The notes under the pieces are model-generated. The model saw only the letters and a list, made by a program, of their open reading frames with translations, made no database searches and was not told the origin of the DNA. Position numbers and translations under genes: made by a program. DNA of 64,000 bases from Lama glama (lineage: Eukaryota), in contig CM052816.1 of assembly GCA_028534125.1 (NCBI GenBank), forward strand, positions 6,450,001-6,514,000. The letters are read 5' to 3'. Shown piece after piece: positions 24,965-37,720 of this stretch (its first letter is position 1; each line of letters starts with the position of its first letter).

Positions 24965-27900
24965 CTTTTTTTTTAACTGAGATAATTGACATATAATGCT
25001 ATATTAAGGTCATATGTACAACATAATGATGCTGTATTTGTATATATTCTCTAATTATCACCAAAATATGTGTAATTATCAATCATCATTACAAATCCAT
25101 CACAGCTAATTTTTTGTGTGTGTGCCTGTGATGACAACTTTTAAGATCTACTCTCTTAGGAACTTTCTGTAATACTGTATGCAGTAGTGTAGTATTAACT
25201 ATAGTCACCATGCTGTACATTATATTCCTATGTCTTAGTTATTTTATATCTGGAGGTTTGTAACATTTGACCACCTTCACCCATTTTACATATCCCCTAT
25301 GGCAGCCACCAGTCTGTTCTCTGTATCTATGAGCTTTTTCTCTTTGTTTTTTGCATATAAGATCATATAGGATTTGTCTTTATCTGCCTTACTCAGAATA
25401 ATGCCCTCAAGATCCATCCATATTGCAAATGACAAGATTTCCTTCATTTTTATGGCTGAATAATATTGCATTGTATAGAGAGAGCACATTTTATTAATCC
25501 TTTTATCCATCAGTGGACACCTAGATTGTTTCCGTATCATATCTATTGTAATTAATGCTGCCAGGGACATAGGTGTGCATACATAATTTTGAGGTAGTGT
25601 TTTTGTTTTCTTCAGATAAATACCTAGAAGTGAAATTGCTGGATCATATGGTAGTTCTTACTTAATTTACTGTAAACCTTCATATCTGTTTTCCATGGTG
25701 CTGAAACAATTTATATTCCTACCAACCATGCACAAGGGCTTTTTATCTACATCCTCACCAATACTTGTTATCACTTGTCTTTTTCATAACAGCCGTTCTA
25801 ACAGGTGTGAGGTGATATCTCATTGTGTTTTGATTTACATTTACCTGATTATTAGTGATGTTGAGCATCTATCCAGATGTCTGTGTGCCATCTCTGTGCC
25901 TTCCTTGGAAAAAATGTTCAGATCTTCCCATTGTTCTGTTTCATAAACCTGTGTGTCTGGTTTATGACAATACCATACTGTTTTCATGACTGTAGCTGTG
26001 TAGTATAGTTAGAAGTCAGGGTGCATGATGCCTTCAGCTTTGTTTTTCTTTTACAAGATTGCTTCAACTATTCAGGATCTTTTGTTGTTCTACACAAATT
26101 TTAGGATTGTCTTGCTCTTAAAAAAAAAAGCCATTGGAATTTTGATAGGGATTGCACTGACTCTGTAGATTGCTGTTTGTATAATGGATATTTTAACAAT
26201 ATTAACTTTTCTAATCCACGTTCAGTATCTTAGAGTTTCTAGTGTACAGTTCTTTCACCTCCTTGGTTAAATTTATTTCCAGGTATTTTATTCTTTTGGA
26301 TGCAGCTGTGAATGAAACTATTCTCTTAATTTCTCTTTCTGATATTTTGTTGTCAGTGCACAAAAATGCAACAGATTTTAGTTTATTGATTTTGTAGCCT
26401 GCAACTTTACTGAATTCATTTATTAGTTCTAACAGTTTTTTGGTGTGTCATTAAGGTTTTCTATATATAAAATTATGTCATCCACAGATACTGATAGTTT
26501 AACTACTTATTTTCCAACTTGGATGCTTTTTATTTTTATTTTTTTCTTGCCTAATTGTTGTGGCTAGGACCTTCAATACTATGTTGTATAAAGGTGACAA
26601 GAATGGGCATCCTTGTCTTCTTCCCAATTTTAAAAGAAAAGCTTTCAGATTTTCATCATTGAGATTGATGTTACCTCTGGGTTTGTCATATATGACCTTT
26701 ATTATGTTGAGGTGCTTTCCCTCTATATCCACTTTATTGACAATTTTTATCATAGATAAATGTTGAATTTGGTTAAATGCCTTTTCTGTATTTATTGAGA
26801 TGATAATATTTTTATCAAGATTAATTATCACACTGACTTGCAAATGTTGACCCACCTTTCATCCTGGAATGATCCCACTTGGTCATGGTATATGCTCCTT
26901 TTCATGTACTGTTTAACTCAGTTTGCTGATGTTTGCTGATGTTTGTGTCTATGTTCATCAGGAATATTTTCCTGTAATTTTAATTTCTTGTGGCATCTTT
27001 GTCCGGTTTTGTGATCAGGGTAATTCTGGCCTCATGAAATGAATTGGAAAATGTATTTTTTTTGAAGATTTTGAAAATGATTGATAGTAATTAGTTTTTA
27101 ATATTGGTTGTAATTGAGCAGTGAAGTTGTTTGGTCCTGGATTTTTTTCTTCTGGGAGGGTGGTGATTGCTGATTCACTGTCCTTATTAGTAATCAGTCT
27201 TCACAGATTTTCTGTTTCTTCATGATGCAGTCTTGCTAGGTTGTATGTTTCTAGAAATTGATCCATTTCTGCTAGATTGTCCAGTTTGTTGGTGTTTACT
27301 TGTTCATGGTAGTCTCTTATCCTTTGTTTTTCTGTGGTACTAGTTGTGGTGTGTCATCTTTCATTTCTGATTTTATTTATTTGAGTTCTCTTTTTTTCTT
27401 GGTGAAACTAGCTAAAGATTTGTCAATTTTGTTCATCTCTTTAAAGATCCAGCTCTTAGTTTCATCGATCTTTTCAATTGTCTTTTTATTCTCTATTTCA
27501 TTTATTTCTACTTGGATTTGTGTAGTCTCCTTTCTTTTACTAACTTTGGGCTTCATTTATTCTTATTTTTCTAGTCATTGAGGTATAAAGTTAGATAGTT
27601 TAACTAAGATTTTTCTTCTTTAGGAAGTTACACCCTTAGATATGGTGGCCTTTAAATATAGAAATATAAGTAGTCCTGTATGACCATAAACATGAACCCT
27701 GCAGGCCATCAGAGCCCGACAGTCTAGAAGTGCCCTGTGGGCATCAGTTGCAAAAATCAGGGTGCCAGATGAGTCTACAAGCTTCTTCCCAGGAAATACT
27801 GGTGACCTGGAGTGAGGTAGTGAGGGTGACCCCAGGGAAAGTGAAAATACGGAAACCACCATTCTCCAACCCTGGGGTGTATTTCAGTAGCCCCCAAATG

Positions 27901-29180
27901 TGTGCCAGACCAGATGCCTGCCCCTCAGGCTAAAGCTCCTGCACAGTCAAACAGGCCTGTTCCACACAATGGAGGTGTGCTTGAGTCTGCTCTCTGTGCA
28001 GGGCCCTGGGGATGGTAACTGCTGAAGAACTGTCTTTCCAATTGTTACAGTCCCCTGAGACCTAGGAATGTAAGCCCTCTGGCCACCAGAACCAGCCAAC
28101 TGTGGGGTGCAACCACAAAAACTGGAACTCCACAGGTGTAAAAGCTCCCCTCTGGGAGATACTGGCTCTTGGGAACACAGCAGAGGGAAAGTGCAAAGAG
28201 CATCCATCCACACTTGAGTTTTCCGGAATGGATTATAGTGGGCCGTCAGATGTGCGTTTAATAGTCTGCCCCTCAGTGCTCAGCTATGAAGGTTAAGTTA
28301 ATAGGTCTCTTTTGCAGAAAGACTGTACTGGAACTGTTGCCTCTTGCTTTGTGCTGGGGTTGGTAGCTGTTTAAGAACTCTTTCTCCATCAGTTATAGTC
28401 TTGTGGGACTGGCAAACTTAAACCCCGCTGGCCACTGGAGCAAAGCAATGTAGAGGTGTCCTCTGGGTGGCAGGCAGTTACAAAAATCAGGGTGATAGAG
28501 GAGGGTGTAAGCTGCTTTCTAGGAGACACTGGCGAGCTGGACTGAAGTAGAGAGACAGCAGAAAGATGACACCCACTGGCCTTCATCCCCAGAGGAACCC
28601 AGCCAGTCCCCAGACGTGTGTTAAATCAGATGCCTGCCTCTTAGGCCAACACTTGAACATAAGCAAATAAGCCTCTTTCACGGAAGTCTGGACACATCTT
28701 AATTGGCTGCCTCTGCTCTGGTCCTTGATGCAACTGAGTCGGCATACGGTCCCATTGAGAGCCATTTTGCAGTTTGCTATAGCCCTTTAGGTCTTATAGA
28801 CCCAAGCCCCATTAGCTTTCAAAACTAGGTGTTTGGGGGGGGGCGGGGCTCGGCTCTTAAGTAAGAAGGTGCTAAAAGTTAGGGAGCCCAACGTGTGGTT
28901 CAAACTCTTCGTTCCTCAGGGAGAAGCTCCAGGTTTTGAGTTCCTTCCCATTTATGGTTTATGCTACTGGGGGCAGTTTTTATGTCAAGAAAAAACTCTC
29001 ACTGAAGTAGGGTGGGAGAGGCTGAGATACAATCTTATTTATCCAACATGTCGGAATCCCCAGCTAGTTTTCGGGGGTTTTTCTCAAAGGAAATTTTTTC
29101 CACACGTAGCTCTGCTGCATCTGTAGGAAGAGGGGAGTTCAGGGTCTTCCTGCATTGTCATCTTGAACCAGAACCCCCGA
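24965..29180 (-). mobile_element. LINE-1 (L1M2/L1MA-like) with long repetitive 5'UTR fused to mid-ORF2; ORF1 and EN region absent
   Basis: RT fragment 'LKAFLLKLGRRQGCPFLSPLYNIVLKVLA'; 3'UTR ~24965-25400; 5' end 'caagatgacaatgcaggaagaccctgaactc' (minus strand) resembles the 5' end at ~2980. Confidence 0.85.
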
Positions 29181-29184
29181 CGTT

Positions 29185-30442
29185 TTCTTTCTCATGGTTT
29201 TCATCTGTGCTGAAGTTCTTAATGTGTTCATATTTGTTGTCCAGCTTTTCCACTAGAGCCTTTAACAAAGCTATTAATCATAGTGATATTTCCTGATAGT
29301 TCAAATATTTGGTTCTTATTTCAACCTGGTTTTATTGTGTATTTTGTCTCTTGATGGGGGACTCTTTCTTCCTCCTTTTTCCCATGTCTTAGAAATGACT
29401 TGCAGACCCACATAAACAGAAGCAATAGTGTTTATGCTGCCCTCAAATATGTGTCTTTTTTTGGCTAGACTTTTCATGTTCAGTCACTCTTGTTAGGAGC
29501 TGAACGGGGTTTGGGTTTTGTTGTTCTGTGGTTACTCTCAATACATCTACTTCATATTCTTCTAGCTGTGTCCTTTAGCTTTGTCCCATATTTCAGGTGG
29601 GGTTGGGCTGTCATAATTTTTGGTTCTCCCTGTGAATTTACACCTCAAAGATGAAAAAGCTCTCGAGGTTCTTTTCCCTCTTCCCAAACTACACTGGCCA
29701 TGACTTGTTGGTTGGCTATTTTGTGGCCTGGTGGCAGGATCAGAGGTAGGACTCTGTTCTCAGCCATGAACTCAGCCCCTGGCTGTTGAGGGTGTGATTT
29801 CTCATTGAACTTGCCCCTAAACCTGCAGGAGCCTGGACTATGGTTAATACTTCTGCCCTGGCTTATGCAGAAAATTTTTATTCTCTTCCTTCAGTCACAA
29901 TGGGTCTTTGGGTATTTTGCCATCATTCTCCCAGTGGTGTGAGGCTTTTTTTCCCCCAGGAATGAGAGAGTCCAGTCAGGGTTTTCTCAGAGAAGAGATG
30001 GCCTTGCCCTTCTTGAGGTCTGCAGCCCGCGGGAGGCTTTCCTCATCCCCATCCCCACTCCCAGCCTCCGATCTTTCTCTGAGCAGCCTGTGGAAAGCCA
30101 TGAAGAGCACCATGTGAGTGTCTGCATGCTAGGGACTTCTGAATTCTAGTGACAGTCCCCTTAGCCTTAGCAATTAGCTAGAACTGTTGGCCAGAATATT
30201 CTCACCCAGTTGTCTGGCGGCTCAGACTTCTTCCCGTGCTCTGCCCTGGAAAGCGGGTGCCGACATTTCAAGCAGGTGCCTGTCTTTCCTTATATTTCAG
30301 ATTAGCTGGTTGCCCTGCGACCTCAGTTCTCTGATGGGTTCATGAAAATGTATGCTTTCAGAAATGATGTCACTTTTTCTTAGTGTTCAGATGAAAACAA
30401 CACTTTCTAGCTTTTGACATCTTGAGTGGAAGCCAGAAATCC
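29185..30442 (-). mobile_element. Old L1 ORF1 start and 5'UTR remnant (host, right part)
   Basis: Resumes the ORF1-like sequence broken at 24960; 'ttgccctgcgacctcagttctctgatggg' and terminal 'catcttgagtggaagccagaaatcc' resemble old L1 5' ends. Confidence 0.65.
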
Positions 30443-31239
30443 ACTTCACCTTCTCCAGCATCATCAGTTCAGCGGTTTTCTTCAGTAACATGATCTGAAA
30501 CATTATCAACCCATTAATTACAATTAATCATATCTGATTAAATTTCTCTGTAGCAACTGGATTCTGTTTTCACAGATAAAACTACTAGAAGCATTATTTA
30601 TTTTGCGTGTGTCTGATTTTAAGGCCTCTAAAAACAGTTGATCTCATTTTCATCTTCACTGAATGCTGGATTTTAAAAAAACTCACTAAAATGATGTGTG
30701 TTGCATAGTGTCCAGGATTGTGACAAATAACAGAGTTCTACATCTCCTCGAGATCTCCTTTCCTCTGGTCATAATGTCCCGCCAACATTTTAAGACATTC
30801 TAGCTTAACTCTCATTTCAAAAATTCTCACTGATCTCTACTTTCTTCAAGACCTTAAAAACCTGAGGACTCTGAGATTTAATTAGTGGGACCAAAGCTGC
30901 TTCATGTGAACTAGACAGTCATAGGGAGCAGTTAAATCAGTCGGCCCTTCCGTGATAAACAGCTATCTCAAGAAATACCAATTGTACAAGATATTTTCTG
31001 CCTGGCACACTTGGGAAGATACTGGGAAGGGAAATTTCTAAAGGTGTGTATTGCTCACTGTATATACATCCTTGGCATTCTATAGTAGTAACTGCCAACT
31101 ACCCCAAACATAAAATTTATTTAGACCCAGGGGAAAAACATTTTGACCAAAGTCCTTAAGCTCTTAATCCACCTGTGTTGTAAGAAACCATTTCCAAGTT
31201 TTCAACAATTGTAAAGTAGTAATTTTTTAAGAATTAGTA

Positions 31240-31700
31240 TGTATTGATTAGTTATTGGGCACCAGGCATTCTGCTAAGAACATTGATTCTGTTTAAAATT
31301 TCATATCATCACATTAAGACAGATAATGTTTTGTTATAGTCATGTAATATTACATGTAATATGTAATGTAACATTCCATTTTACAGATGAACAAATTAAC
31401 TGAGGCTCAGAGAAGATAAAAAACATCCCTAGCTTCCCAAGCCAAGTCTATCCATTTCCACTTGCCGCTCTTCCTATACATCATGCTGTGCCTAGAGCAG
31501 CAGTTCTGTATGTTAATGCCTGGAACAGCATGGTATTAAAAGGAAAAGCACTGTACTAAGAGTCCTCCTACTTGAGCTCCGAAGATGATTATGAAACTAG
31601 ACCTGGATTCCTGATCAAACCTCTCTTAGCCTCAGTGACTTAGTTCTGTTGTGGGAGTTTGGATTAGGTGATCTTTTAGACTCCTCTAATTCAGGAACTG
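31240..31700. mobile_element. Two MIR fragments in opposite orientations
   Basis: 'ccattttacagatgaacaaattaactgaggctcagaga' (MIR core, antisense); 'cagcatggtattaaaaggaaaagcactg' (MIR head, sense). Confidence 0.65.
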
Positions 31701-31902
31701 GCCTAGAATTCAGGGAGCAAACTGCATAAACTAATTCATACTAAGCTATGAGTGACTATTTCTTGATCCTTCAGGGGCATCTGCATTTTCAAAAAGGAAA
31801 TGGGGCAACCAGAATTTTTGCCATCACTCATTTACTAGTGCCTGCCCTGTGTCACTTAATCTTTACCAGCCTTTTCTTTGCATTTGTTCATTTCTGTTTA
31901 AC

Positions 31903-32436
31903 TGCTACCATTCTCAGGTTCAGGTGCTCATCGCTCGGAAATCAACACTCGAGAGAGGCAATGTTGATAGAAAGGAAAGTTGCTTTTAACCAGAATGCCA
32001 GCACTCTGGGGACGCAGTGGACGCAGTGTCCCCAAAACACCATCTCTGAGGATTCTGCTCAGCCATGAAAGTTTTAAGGGGGAAAGGGGAAGTAATCTCA
32101 GCTAATCATTGAGACGGGGGGGTCAGAGTCATCGCCACCCCCTCCGCGTGCAGGCTTGTCAGCGTCTCATGACCTTTCCTTCAGATGCTGTCCTGCTCAG
32201 TTTGTTCATGAGATGACTGAAGGGGAAGCTAGGGGAAGGAGCTGGTCGTCTGTTACTCACTTAGTCTGCATTTCTACTTCTTTGATCTATGGAAAAGAAA
32301 CAGGGTAGGCAAGGTACTGTGCGATCAAAAGATGTGAAAGGTGTGCTAGGATCAGAGGTGAGTAGAGCACAGGGGTAGCTGGTTTAGGTTTAGTGACAAG
32401 ACAAAAGGGGTTTCCTGCACAGAGCTGCTTCCATAG
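31903..32436 (-). mobile_element. Relatively young ERV solo LTR
   Basis: CpG-retaining GC-rich block flanked by direct repeat 'tgtttaac' (31895-31902, 32437-32444). Confidence 0.7.
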
Positions 32437-33064
32437 TGTTTAACTTAATATTCTTCCAGGAATAGGCTAAAATCCAGGAGAGACGTAACATCATTTCACC
32501 AAAGTTAAAAACAAACCTAGTTGAAGGAGTAGGGAAGAAGACCTTAGTCTGAATCCATAGTAAGAGGTAAATTTGAGTAAACTTATTTATCACCACCACT
32601 CAGGGTTACCCATTTCCTAGTACCCGTTTTCATCCCAATGTCAAGATGACACTAAAAATGGTCCATTTTGTTCTTCCCCCCAATACACCATCAGTATAAT
32701 AGAACTTACTGCAGTGTTTTCAGCATCACCATGAGCGGATTGGAAACCTTTGATGGGGCGGTTGATGGGTCGTGAATACCTCTGTTCTAAGACGAAACGG
32801 TGCTTTCATGCTGGTGCGTGCCTTATTCACTGAACTTCCACAAACAGTTTTCTAGGATAAATTACCCACTCCAATTGCCTGTGGACCAAGTCTCAGTTTT
32901 AGCAGAATCATGTCAAAAATAAGTCAACGAGAAATAACATAGAATGTTTACACTCGCAAGCTTGAGCGTGCGACATCCCTGGATTTGAAACTGCACTGTC
33001 CTTTACTAGTTGTGCGTCCTTTAGATGTTTGTTTAATGCACTTAAGGTTCATTTCCCTCTTTTG

Positions 33065-33464
33065 TGTTTAAAAAAACCCAAAAACTCAATAAATTTAAAA
33101 GGTCACATTGGCTTTATTCAACAATTCATGAATTGGGCAGCCCTAAGCTAGCAGATAATAGAGAGGAGCTGCACAAAATGGAGGACTTTTATAGGCAGAA
33201 GGGAGCAGGAGCAAGCTACTACTCCAGTTCTACTAAGCAAGAAAGCAGACTGGATGTCCTGAGGCCACTTCCCCTTAGGTGTTGGCAGGGGTCTGTCAGG
33301 CAGATTCTCACTAATGCTGATCAGACGATTCCTCACCGACTGGTTTAAGATTCTGTTATTTCTGAAGGAATCAAAACTGTAATTAAGTCCCAGTTTGGTG
33401 ATGTGGGGCTTGGCAGAAATGACTCCATTTGGGTTTGGGGCCTGTTGTCTTGCTCTTACCAACA
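33065..33464 (-). mobile_element. ERV solo LTR inserted within a MIR (MIR halves ~32960-33060 and ~33465-33560)
   Basis: TGTT...AACA ends; 'tttatt' (AATAAA on minus) near 33113; MIR-like sequence on both sides. Confidence 0.65.
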
Positions 33465-35109
33465 GATAATAAATGACAATGCCATCTCATAGACTGAGTG
33501 TGAGGGTCAAGTGCGATGCTGCATTTAAGGCAGTCTCTTGAACGACAATCATTATTGGGTATTCTAAAGTTACTTTTGATGCCTTCAAGAGATGTTCAAA
33601 CTTTTATCCTCCCTCTACAATAATGTAAAACTTATGTCTCAGAGCTTGCTGGGCCAACTCATATATGTGCTTCCACTTAAGGAACAAGTGATGTTTCTTT
33701 GATGTCACAAATTTCATGGTGATTCCTAGACTAGATTTTACTTCATCTCTTCCCAGATCATTGCTCACCCATTCTTTGTCTCCCTCTAGTTATGGAAAAG
33801 TTTGTCTCCAAAAATACGATTTTTTATGGTCATGTAGCAGTTAAAAAAATTTATGGGTCCCGGAAACAGAGTGAGGTTCAAACACCCCACCCACTCTCCT
33901 GACCATATGACCACCTGGAAGTTAGTTACTGTACCTTTCCCTGCCTCAATGTCCTCATCTTTGCTAGGCAAGACCTCTAGCCAAGATACTCACAATATCT
34001 GAAGCGAGACGGACAGTGAACTTATTTTAATATGAGATCTGATGGAGGGTGGCCTGGCTGCTTTGAGAGCTAGGGTGTGGCAAGCGGAAGAACGTCCATC
34101 ATTCTGAGAGCAAAGGCGGTAGGTCCCGGCTGTGGAGGGTGTTAGAAGGCTGTCTCCACCACTCAGTGCCTGTGTAACTTTGGACAGGTGCTCAAACTTT
34201 GTTCAGTCTCATATGGGACTCGTAAGACTAAGTCAAAGCAAATATAGCAGAGTCTGCCACTTAGCTGTAAACAACAGCTGCTTATTAATTCCACTATATT
34301 AAATCCTAAGACATTTTATTTAAAAAGTTAACATTATTTTTCCAAAGTACATGCAAAACCTCTGCTGTAGACCTCTTATCAAAGCCTAAACATTCTATAG
34401 CCTGCTGCCTGCCAGACACTGCCATTTGTACGTCCTGCATTATATAGTTTAGGTACTCCCGGTTAACCTCATCTTACATTTAGGACCTGTGTTCCTCAGT
34501 CACTGGTCACTCCATCCCTCCAGCTACCCAAGCCAGAAACATGGGAACCTTCCTCATTCTCCACATCTAAACAGTCACTGGCTCGGCCACTTTTTACCTT
34601 CTGATTATCGCACTCACCTTTCCGCATCTGAAAGAGGGAGTCCTGTGGGCACAGGAGTCACAGCTGTTTTTTGGATACGCAGCAGCTGTTCCCCTTGGAG
34701 CTGGAGGTAACACTGGACCAGCCATTAGAACTTGCAGTGTAATGGATGAGACAGATACTCCACAAACGGTCGGAGGCATTTCTCATCTGTAAGTGTTACG
34801 GAGCAAATGTACCGACTGCAGTGAGAGAATGCAGAAGGGGCATGACTTAAACGCGGGCCACCTGAGGCCCCGACAGGGCCCACGGGATTTAGTGGCAGAG
34901 TCTGAAACAAGCTGAGTGTCTTCTGAGCTCTCGTGTTGGAGACCTTTACCTCAGACAACTTTGTCTTCTCCAAAACAGAGCACACTCTTGGCCACAGAGG
35001 AGCCTGGGGGCAGGGGGTCTTCTGAAAGCCCGCACTCCCACCGTCACAGCACCACCTCTACCCAGTTGCTACCCTCACTTGGAGAAGGACTTAATATGTG
35101 TCACGGCAG

Positions 35110-35945
35110 CATTTTAGTGTCTGTGGGATCATTAAACCCTTGCTTTGACCTCTTAAATACCTCCGGGATCCATCTGTTTCTCTCTGTTCTCTTTACCACT
35201 GATCTAATCCTGGGTAGCATCGTTTCTCACCTAATCATTGCCATGGTTGCCTCCTCATCGCCCATCATCTTCTCTACAGACCCCAATCCCTTCGTGCTGT
35301 GTTTTTAATCTTTAGATAAATATTTGACTATGCTCCAAAAGTCTAAAATCCTTAACAACACTGACATGCCTCTGCATCTGAAGTCCTGACTTTATATTTC
35401 TTTCTCTCCCCTTATTCTCCAGCCATAGAGGATCATTTGTCCTCTTCCAGGTACTTCAGTCCTTTACATGTGCTCTTACTTCTACCTGGGAAGCAACCTC
35501 CTCAGCCCCCTTATGTTAAGCCTCGTCTTGCACATGCAGCATTTCTTCACCGACTTTCTTTGACATCCTCCCACCATCACCACACACACCCCTGTGATTC
35601 TCCAGTTCGATGTGCAAAAGAATTACCGAAGGAGTTTGTTATTAAAAATGCAAAATACTGAGATCAGCCCCCAGATACTCTGGACATGGGCCTTGGGAAG
35701 CTACATTTTCTAACAAATATCTCCAGAGGGGTTTCTGACCACGTGGCCCCCAGTGGTGTTAGTTTCTCTTCCTAAATGATGCTCTCGTATCTCTGTTACC
35801 TTCTCCATAAAATCCCTGCACTGCTTGCTTGAAGGCTGTCGTCCCTGCTAATATGTGTGCTGTGTTGCTAGGGCAGGGACCTCGTCTGTGCTGTTCAGCC
35901 AATAACCCATAGGAGAGTGGATGCTTAGTAACTGTTTGTTAAACT
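35110..35945 (+). mobile_element. L2 fragments interrupted by a MER5A-like element (~35610-35750)
   Basis: Pyrimidine-rich L2 pattern; 'tttgttattaaaaatgcaaaatactg..ctacattttctaacaa' resembles MER5A. Confidence 0.55.
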
Positions 35946-36129
35946 GACAATTCATTACTTTTGTAGAGTACAGTAATTTATGAAAAACATCACATGGGAG
36001 AGTAGACAGCGTATCCCACTGCATAAGGCACCAAGCTTGAAATCCCCCCAAATTACATTTGCAACATACAGTTCTCCTTACAGTTCTAATGCAGGTGGTC
36101 CCCAGACCACCTCTTGAAAACGTATTTTG

Positions 36130-36295
36130 ACTTGGATGAGTTAGGTATCCTTTCAGAGCCTCAGATTTCTCAACTGCAAAATGGAGCTGAAAAATACCCA
36201 GCCTGACCTATTCATAGGGTTGTTTTAGGGGATTGTGAATTTTGTGAAAGCTATAAAGTGCTGTAAACATACTAAGATTTTGTTGATAATTATTT
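36130..36295 (+). mobile_element. MIR fragment
   Basis: 'gagcctcagatttctcaactgcaaaatggagctgaaaaatacc..catagggttgtt'. Confidence 0.7.
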
Positions 36296-36489
36296 CTAGG
36301 AAATAGATGAAATGTAATAGTGCTTTCTAAATATAATCACGTAACCCAAAAGAAAAACTAGCAAGTGGAATTTAAAGATTTACTGAATTAATGAAGGACA
36401 GGACATATCTGTCTTGATTTATGTTCTGTCCCCAGGGCCTGACATGGAATAATAAATACTCAAAAGCAGCACTGGCTTTTTGATCGCTA

Positions 36490-37120
36490 GGCGATGACTT
36501 ACTAAACCCCCAGCTCCTCCTGAAGCTTGCTCACTTTGACTCCCTTCGCCGGCTCTGGGTGTGCAAAGCGTCAGGGCCCTCCGTCCTGAGCACCAGCCTT
36601 CTGCTTAGCGCTGTCCCAGGCCTGTGGGTCCCTTGTGTTCTGGATTTGTCTTCTGGGTAGGTATCAGAGGTAGGACCCCATTTTGGGGACAGAAAGGAAT
36701 TTTTGTTGAAAAGTGTCACCTTGCAAGTGCTTTGCCCCTTCAAAGAAAGGGGCAGTGGGACCCGTAGCCGTGTGGCAGAGGGGAGCTCCTGGAGCCTCTG
36801 AGTTCATCAGTCTCCCTCCCCCGACGCCATCCTTTTACGAGTACCTGTTTTCTGGCAAGCACTTAGTCCACAGCATAGACAGAATTTCCCAGCCCTCACT
36901 TGTGTTCAGTAAAAGGCAGCACGCCAGGTAGAAAACACAGAGAAAGGGCAGGTGGGCGGCTCCAGGCTGCCAGGGCAGTGCTGGGGGACCTGCGGACTGC
37001 AGCAAGGGCGGCTGAATCGCCATGGCAACAGGCAAGCTGGTCACTTAGGCAGCATCGCCCACTCCACAGCCACAGCCCTTCGGGGACAAAGGGAAACACA
37101 TGTCCCTCCTATGTGAGGGC
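36490..37120. promoter_or_regulatory. GC-rich unique segment with RFX X-box-like site (37016-37029) and GC-box-like GGGCGG; candidate promoter/enhancer
   Basis: 'atcgccatggcaac' is near-palindromic; two 'gggcgg' hexamers within 70 bp upstream; raised CpG content. Confidence 0.4.
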
Positions 37121-37454
37121 TGCCTTCTCTACAACGTGTCTCAATTTCTGGTCTGTTTTAGACTTTTGTTACTCTCTTTCAAGTTTCCTTGAAACCTCAA
37201 GGAATCAATTAAGCTATGCATTAAGCTCCTCCTTTTAAAATGCTATAGAAATTGTATATTCAGTACATAGTTGTCAAGTAAATAAATAGAGAGATACATT
37301 CTGTCCTCAAGTCCTTGCTCTGTAGAAGGAAAACCAAGACATGAGCAGAAATTACTCTTGAGTCAAAAAGAGAGTATGCCCTGGAAAATGTTCTGTGGCT
37401 GCTTTGCATTCACAGATTTAATATTCATGATTTTGACTATTCAAAAGTTATTGC

Positions 37455-37720
37455 TAAAGGAATATATATATATATACACACATATATATATGAATCACTA
37501 CGCTGTACACCAGAAATGAACCCAACAGTGTAAACTGACTAAAGTTACCAGAAAAAAGAAGTACGGGAGAAAATGTACATCGTCTGCATTACTAACAAAC
37601 AGTGTGTTGTAGCTAGTACTGAAGACAAAAGAGGTTTCAATTTAATGACTATAACTTTTGTACATGGGTTACAACTAGTTCAGCAACAAATCATGTATCA
37701 GATTTAATAAAAAAAAAAAA
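37455..37720 (+). mobile_element. Very short L1 3' end plus ~150 bp extra sequence and poly(A), flanked by TSD
   Basis: 'gaatcactacgctgtacaccagaaatgaacccaacagtgtaaactgacta'; AATAAA at 37706 plus A-run; TSD aaaagtta(t/c)tgc. Confidence 0.8.

Noticed and set aside
27670..28800. CRISPR-like or satellite array
   Set aside because: Eukaryotic DNA; the units are long diverged monomers inside an L1 5'UTR
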